Positions 1 to 4,464 of a DNA stretch of 6,886 nucleotides are shown piece after piece. Origin of the DNA: Okeania sp. (GTDB lineage: Bacteria > Cyanobacteriota > Cyanobacteriia > Cyanobacteriales > Microcoleaceae); assembly GCF_035285525.1 (NCBI RefSeq), contig NZ_JAYKGW010000245.1, forward strand, positions 1 to 6,886. Reading direction: 5' to 3'. Every line of letters starts with the position of its first letter. The stretch's first letter is position 1. The notes beneath the pieces were generated by a model that made no database searches, had not been told where the DNA came from, and worked only from the letters and a program-made list of their open reading frames with translations. The translations under genes were made by a program, and so were the position numbers.

Positions 1-196
1 CCGAGGTCAGAACTTAGCTATTATAATTTAGTATTTTATGGGAAATAGTTCCTATTTAGTTTTTATCAATAATCAAGGAATTATAAAGTTAGATAATCAC
101 CAATTTTATTGGCTGCCGAATACTTCGCAAACAATACTTTTAATTATCTTAAAAATCTAATTCCCTCTTTGGTGTAATAATAAGTTAATAACTCAA

Positions 197-231
197 AGCT
201 GAAAGCTGATAGCTGAAAGCTAAATGCTGAC
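197..231. repeat. Tandem heptamer repeat AGCTGAW, about 5 units (agctgaa agctgat agctgaa agctaaa tgctgac), STRR-like
   Basis: Read directly from the sequence. Period 7, with the last two units degenerate. It covers the ORF-track ATG at 224. Confidence 0.8.
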
Positions 232-250
232 AATAAAAGGAAACATTAAT

Positions 251-2323
251 ATGACTAATCGTTTAGCTAAATCTCAAAGTCTTTATCTTCGTAAACACGC
301 AGAAAATCCTGTAGATTGGTGGCCGTGGTGTGAGGAAGCTTTAGAAACAGCAAAACAACAAAATAAGCCAATTTTTCTATCAATTGGTTATTCAAGTTGT
401 CACTGGTGTACCGTTATGGAAGGAGAGGCATTTTCTGATGATAAAATCGCTCAATATTTGAACGAAAAATTTTTACCAATTAAAGTAGATCGAGAAGAAA
501 GACCTGATGTAGATAGTATCTATATGCAGGCATTACAAATGTTAACTGGACAAGGTGGTTGGCCGTTAAATATATTCTTAACTCCTGATGATTTAATACC
601 TTTTGTTGGTGGTACTTATTTCCCTGTTGAACCTCGCTATGGAAGACCAGGTTTTTTAGAAGTTTTGCAAAAAATTAGGAGTTTTTATGACCAGGAAAAA
701 AATAAACTTGATTCTTTAAAAGCAGAAATTTTAGAAGGTTTAAGAAAGTCAATTTTATTACCAGAAGCAGAAGATTTAAGCGAGGAAATATTACAAAAAG
801 GTTTAGAAGTTAGTGCAGGAATTATTAGCGATCGCTATTCTCAACAAAGTTTTCCGATGATGCCTTATGCTGAAGCAGCTTTACAGGGAACAAAGTTTAA
901 TTTTCAATCTCAATATAACAGTAATGAAGTTTGTTTAAAAAGGGGATTAGATTTAGCTTTAGGGGGAATTTATGATCATGTTGCTGGAGGATTTCATCGT
1001 TATACAGTGGATGCTACTTGGACAGTTCCCCACTTTGAAAAAATGCTCTACGATAACGGTCAAATTGTTGAATATTTAGCTAATTTATGGAGTTTAGGAA
1101 ATCAAGAACCTGCTTTGAAACGGGGAATTATGGAAACAGTTAATTGGCTAAAAAGAGAAATGACTTCACCTGCCGGATTTTTCTATGGTTCTCAAGATGC
1201 TGATAGTTTTACTACTTCGGATGAGGTGGAACCAGAAGAAGGAGCTTTCTATGTTTGGAGTTATAAAGAATTAGAAAATTTATTAACTTCGGAGGAGTTA
1301 TGTGAATTATCTGAACAATTTTTTATTACATCTAATGGCAATTTTGAAGGAAAAATTGTTTTGCAAAGAAAGCAATCAGGAGAGTTAAGTGAAGCTGTAG
1401 AAAATTCTCTGGCTAAATTATTTGAAGTGCGATATGGTGTTAAACCTTTTAATCTAGAAACTTTTCCACCAGCAACGAATAATTACGAAGCAAAAAATAA
1501 TAATTGGGCAGGAAAAATTCCGGCAGTTACAGACACAAAAATGATTGTTGCTTGGAATAGTTTAATGATTTCTGGATTAGCAAGGGCAGCCACAGTATTT
1601 AACAATTTAGAATATTTAGAATTAGCTATTAATGCTGCTAATTTTATTATCAAAAATCAGTGGGTTAATAAACGTTTTCATAGACTAAATTATGAGGGAA
1701 AAGCAGAAGTAATTGCCCAGTCAGAAGATTATGCTTTGTTTATTAAATCTTTGCTAGATTTACAGCAAACTTCGATTAATTTAGAAACTTCATTAAATAG
1801 TGATTTTTGGTTAGAAACAGCAATAAAATTACAAGATGAATTTGATGAATTTTTATGGAGTATCGAAGCAGCAGGTTATTACAATGCTCCGACAGATTTT
1901 AGTGGAGAATTAATATTACGAGAAAGGAATTATATTGATAACGCAACTCCCGCAGCAAATGGTGTAGCGATCGCTAATTTAGTACGTCTATCTTTACTAA
2001 CTGAAGAATTACATTATCTCGATAGAGCTGAGTCAGCTTTAACAGCTTTTAGCAGTATAATGAAAAAATATCCCCAAGCTTGTCCGAGTTTATTTGTGGC
2101 TTTAGACTGGTATAGAAATCAAACTTTAGTTAGAACTTCAAAAGGACAAATTTCTAATTTAATTACTCAGTATTTTCCTACTACTATTTATCAGATAGAA
2201 ACTGATTTACCAGAAAATTCTGTAGGGTTAGTTTGTCAAGGTTTAATTTGCAAAAAACCTTCTTTGAGTAAACAAGATTTATTGGCAGATGTAGAGAAAA
2301 GTCAAAATCGTTGGGCTAAATAA
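251..2323 (+). CDS. Thioredoxin-domain protein of the DUF255 / YyaL (COG1331) family: N-terminal thioredoxin-like domain plus C-terminal six-hairpin (N-acylglucosamine 2-epimerase-like) domain
   Basis: Long ORF ending at TAA 2321..2323. N-terminus is MTNRLAKSQSLYLRKHAENPVDWWPW followed by GYSSCHWCTVME (CxxC), as I recall for this family. Later motifs GGFHRYTVDATWTVPHFEKMLYDNGQ and DNATPAANG are also family-typical. I prefer the start at 251 because AAGGA (237..241) lies 9 nt upstream and family members begin near MTNRL. The ATG at 224 lies within the heptamer repeat. Confidence 0.9.
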   Translation: MTNRLAKSQSLYLRKHAENPVDWWPWCEEALETAKQQNKPIFLSIGYSSCHWCTVMEGEAFSDDKIAQYLNEKFLPIKVDREERPDVDSIYMQALQMLTGQGGWPLNIFLTPDDLIPFVGGTYFPVEPRYGRPGFLEVLQKIRSFYDQEKNKLDSLKAEILEGLRKSILLPEAEDLSEEILQKGLEVSAGIISDRYSQQSFPMMPYAEAALQGTKFNFQSQYNSNEVCLKRGLDLALGGIYDHVAGGFHRYTVDATWTVPHFEKMLYDNGQIVEYLANLWSLGNQEPALKRGIMETVNWLKREMTSPAGFFYGSQDADSFTTSDEVEPEEGAFYVWSYKELENLLTSEELCELSEQFFITSNGNFEGKIVLQRKQSGELSEAVENSLAKLFEVRYGVKPFNLETFPPATNNYEAKNNNWAGKIPAVTDTKMIVAWNSLMISGLARAATVFNNLEYLELAINAANFIIKNQWVNKRFHRLNYEGKAEVIAQSEDYALFIKSLLDLQQTSINLETSLNSDFWLETAIKLQDEFDEFLWSIEAAGYYNAPTDFSGELILRERNYIDNATPAANGVAIANLVRLSLLTEELHYLDRAESALTAFSSIMKKYPQACPSLFVALDWYRNQTLVRTSKGQISNLITQYFPTTIYQIETDLPENSVGLVCQGLICKKPSLSKQDLLADVEKSQNRWAK
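828..835. repeat. HIP1 octamer GCGATCGC
   Basis: Exact palindromic octamer. HIP1 is characteristic of many cyanobacterial genomes. Confidence 0.9.
1967..1974. repeat. HIP1 octamer GCGATCGC
   Basis: Exact palindromic octamer inside the first CDS. Confidence 0.9.
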
Positions 2324-2372
2324 GAATGTGTTAAATTTTAGGTAGTAGCTGTTATGTGAGATAAATAATTTA

Positions 2373-2529
2373 GTAAGCATTCAGCTATCAGCTATTAACT
2401 GATTATTTTATCAAGAGGAATTAGTCTCCAAGGAGAATTAAAAGTCCGACAAAAAAAGGTCATCAGCTAACCCTAGTAAATTATTAACTTCAAAAGCTGA
2501 GAGCTTAACCCTAATAGCTGAATGCTTAC
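2373..2529. repeat. Inverted-repeat pair with perfect 16-bp arms: gtaagcattcagctat (2373..2388) and atagctgaatgcttac (2514..2529), enclosing 125 bp
   Basis: The arms are exact reverse complements. They extend to about 22 bp with 2 mismatches (2367..2388 / 2514..2535). The arms carry the same AGCTGA-type motif as the repeat at 197..231. Confidence 0.85.
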
Positions 2530-2678
2530 ATAATTTAAAACTTATTGCTCAATAAAAAGGCAAATAAAATCAAAATTTTGAGTTTTTGACTAAAAAATAA
2601 AGTTTCAAGTCTCCCCTTTCAAGGGAGATGAAAAATTTTCAATTTAGCATTTTCAGCCTCTGACTTCAACCAGATTTA

Positions 2679-2706
2679 CTAATAACTAATAACGAATAAC
2701 TAATAA
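2679..2706. repeat. Tandem heptamer repeat CTAATAA x4 (third unit cgaataa), plus a degenerate fifth unit to 2713
   Basis: Read directly from the sequence: ctaataa ctaataa cgaataa ctaataa ctgaaat. It lies just upstream of the xisH start. Confidence 0.8.
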
Positions 2707-2721
2707 CTGAAATGACAATGG

Positions 2722-3138
2722 ATGTCAGCTCAAGATATATTCCATAATGCTGTTAGTTTAGCCTTAGAAAAATAGGGATAGATAATTACTGAAGATCCTT
2801 TATTTATTAAAGTAGAAGAGCTAGGTTTTTTTATAGATTTAGCAGGAGAAAAATTTATAGGAGCAGAGAAAGATGGTCTCAAGATTGCTGTAGAGATTAA
2901 ATCTTTTATTGGTGCATCAGATTTAACCAGCTTTTACGGAGCTTTAGGTCAATTTCTTAGTTATCGTTCTGCTCTTAGAAAAAAACAACCAGAGAGAGTT
3001 TTATATTTAGTAATTAGTCAAGATATCTACAGTGATTTTTTCAGCAATCAATTTATTCAAGAACTAATTGCTGAATATCAACTCAAATTAGTAATTTTTG
3101 AAATAATGAAAGAGGAAATCGTTTTATGGAAAGAATAA
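2722..3138 (+). pseudogene. xisH: xisH (fdxN-element excision controlling factor XisH family, PD-(D/E)xK-like fold) interrupted by two in-frame TAG codons at 2773..2775 and 2779..2781
   Basis: My translation is MSAQDIFHNAVSLALEK*G*IITEDPLFIKVEELGFFIDLAGEKFIGAEKDGLKIAVEIKSFIGASDLTSFYGALGQFLSYRSALRKKQPERVLYLVISQDIYSDFFSNQFIQELIAEYQLKLVIFEIMKEEIVLWKE, with TAA at 3136..3138. It matches the XisH family pattern as I recall it (MSA.D.FH...AL.KDGW.I..DPL, IDLAAEK, KIAVE.KSF, ALGQF..YR, EEIV.W). It has the typical overlapping arrangement with xisI. The ORF track missed it because no ATG follows the stops. Confidence 0.85.
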
Positions 3139-3455
3139 ATTATCAAGAATTAGTTCAAACTATTTTGACCAAACACTCAGGTAATGACTTAGATAAAGAC
3201 ACAGAAGTGCAATTAATTTTTGACACAAAAAGGCAGCATTATCAAGTAATTAATTTAGGATGGAAAGATCAAAAACGAGTTTATGGCTGTGTTATTCATG
3301 TTGATATGAAAGAGGGTAAAATCTGGATTCAAAGGGATAGAACTGAAATAGGAATAGCAAATGAGTTAGTAGCTGCTGGAGTTCCGAAAAAAGATATTGT
3401 TTTAGCTTTTAAGGCTCCCTATTTACGTCAATTTACTGAATTTGCAGTGGAATAA
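3126..3455 (+). CDS. xisI: XisI (fdxN-element excision controlling factor XisI family)
   Basis: 109-aa ORF. Family-typical motifs are QLIFDTKRQHYQVINLGW, GCVIHVDMKEGKIWIQRDRTE, GIANELVAAGVPKKDIVLAF and PYLRQFTEFAV. GAGGA (3112..3116) lies 9 nt upstream of the ATG. The start overlaps the xisH frame by 13 nt. Confidence 0.9.
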   Translation: MERINYQELVQTILTKHSGNDLDKDTEVQLIFDTKRQHYQVINLGWKDQKRVYGCVIHVDMKEGKIWIQRDRTEIGIANELVAAGVPKKDIVLAFKAPYLRQFTEFAVE

Positions 3456-3560
3456 ACGATACTAAAAGTCATATTTGAAAGTGAGAAGTTGAATTGAACT
3501 TAAATGTAGGTTGAGTAGAATTACAAAACTCAATTATTTCAGCCTATAACTAAGAGTATT

Positions 3561-3717
3561 TTTGCCAAAAATTATTTCAATAAAATCCTAAATAGAGGGA
3601 TAGGAATTACCAAAGAATTTTATCCCTATAAACCTCTAGATTCATTAGTTGATTTAGCACTGCAAAAATCCTTAGAAAGAATGTGAAAAAATTAGAGTGA
3701 TCGCCAATTTATTTGTA
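3561..3717 (+). pseudogene. Decayed xisH-like fragment (N-terminal third only), approximate limits
   Basis: A stop-free frame 3519..3686 with no ATG reads ...FAKNYFNKILNRGIGITKEFYPYKPLDSLVDLALQKSLERM*. It is colinear with xisH SAQDIFHNAVSLALEK*G*IITEDPLFIKVEELGFFIDLAGEK. Nucleotide anchors appear in the same order: aaatag..gggatag..aattac (about 3589..3610 vs about 2770..2790), an exact 9-mer gatttagca (3651..3659 vs 2836..2844), and tttatt[t/g]gt near 3708. Confidence 0.45.
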
Positions 3718-3726
3718 CAAAAAAAA

Positions 3727-3786
3727 TGTAGGGTTTTACTTTGCTTAATCTCATTTTCACTTGAGTTTGCATACCCAACCCCTACA
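3727..3786. repeat. Palindromic element with termini tGTAGGG...CCCCTACa, lying between the two relic fragments
   Basis: tgtaggg (3727..3733) pairs with ccctaca (3780..3786), and pairing continues through tt/aa past a one-C bulge. The GTAGGG-to-CCCCTAC span is 58 nt (3728..3785), the same as the copy at 6615..6672. Confidence 0.6.
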
Positions 3787-3789
3787 ATA

Positions 3790-3932
3790 AAATATTACAA
3801 CCTATTTAGGATTACTAAATATTAAAGAAAAACGTATTGATAAGTAGTAGAGAATATGTAGTTAATTTGGCTGATGGAGTTAATTAATAACTAACCTAGT
3901 ATCAAATTTTCCGTATCAATAATGCTGTGTAA
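3790..3932 (+). pseudogene. Decayed xisI-like fragment with internal deletions, stops and a frameshift; approximate limits
   Basis: Colinear anchors to xisI: exact 9-mer atttaggat (3804..3812 vs 3253..3261, the NLGW codons); gctgatggagtt (3870..3881 vs gctgctggagtt 3372..3383, 11/12, the AAGV codons); and terminal gctgtg-taa (3924..3932 vs gcagtggaataa 3444..3455). The peptide trace is YLGLL..IKEK...REYVVNLADGVN**...NNAV*. Confidence 0.4.
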
Positions 3933-4064
3933 CATTATTTTATTAAATTCATGCTATAGAAATTATAAATAGGTTTTAACAATTCCAGAACTAGAAATCA
4001 ACTCCGAAACTCTTACCCATCCATCATAGTCCTTAAGCTTATTTCTCAGAAAATGTCAAGATTT

Positions 4065-4094
4065 TTGACACGAATAAAATAGAATTGGTATATA
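4065..4094 (+). promoter_or_regulatory. Candidate sigma70-type promoter TTGACA-N18-TATATA (a TATAAT follows at 4095..4100)
   Basis: Perfect -35 hexamer at 4065..4070 and -10-like tatata at 4089..4094. The -35 is the right arm of the palindrome tgtcaa-N5-ttgaca (4054..4070). This is a sequence match only, in AT-rich DNA where such matches are common. Confidence 0.3.
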
Positions 4095-4139
4095 TATAAT
4101 TAATCTTGAAATTCTGCAAAACAGAAAAATCAAGAATAG

Positions 4140-4167
4140 TTGCACTTTGGTCAACAGTAGTTATAAT
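4140..4167 (+). promoter_or_regulatory. Candidate sigma70-type promoter TTGCAC-N16-TATAAT
   Basis: ttgcac at 4140..4145 and consensus tataat at 4162..4167. If it drives the antiporter gene it implies a leader of about 290 nt, very A-rich. Confidence 0.35.
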
Positions 4168-4464
4168 ACAAAAAAGACTTATATATCTTGGGGGAAAGAT
4201 GGGCAAAAATGAGCCAATATATACAAAAATAAATTAGACAGCAAAACCAATTAATGAAACAGTAAAAAGCTTACTAATTCAATTGTTTTATGCAAATAAT
4301 TCCTGCAAAAACCCGATTTTAAATCAAAAACGAATCAATCAAAAAAATAATAACTTTATTACTAAATCAGAGAAAAACTAACCAGCAAAAATTAAAATAT
4401 AAAATTTCATATCCCAACTCTGAAACCTTAGAAAAAAAGCTGGTAACCCTGAGAAAAAACGCTT

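Noticed and set aside
1-48. Open frame at the left edge (PRSELSYYNLVFYGK*), possibly the end of an upstream gene
   Set aside because: At 15 codons with no recognisable motif, it cannot be distinguished from chance.
224-250. ORF-track start codon at 224 for the first gene
   Set aside because: This ATG is part of the tandem heptamer repeat and has no Shine-Dalgarno. The ATG at 251 has AAGGA 9 nt upstream and yields the family-typical MTNRL N-terminus.
3511-3540. Hairpin ttgagt-N11-actcaa followed by ttatttc, a possible xisI terminator
   Set aside because: The stem is only 6 bp and AT-rich, with an 11-nt loop. This is too weak to call and may just be part of the duplicated spacer.
3728-3741. 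GTA...TAC in tgtagggttttac as a possible NtcA site
   Set aside because: The spacing is N7 rather than the required GTA-N8-TAC, and the sequence is already explained as the arm of the palindromic element.
3584-3813. 12-bp inverted repeat aatcctaaatag / ctatttaggatt, which could bound a 230-bp element
   Set aside because: The right arm is better explained as the xisI-derived aatttaggatgg codons, and the left arm lies in the xisH-like relic. A chance match is plausible at this AT content, and no target-site duplication is visible.
4199-4237. 12-codon mini-ORF (MGKNEPIYTKIN*) preceded by GGGGGAAAG, a possible leader peptide
   Set aside because: The only support is a purine-rich stretch before an ATG in AT-rich DNA. 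There is no attenuator structure and no regulatory codon run.
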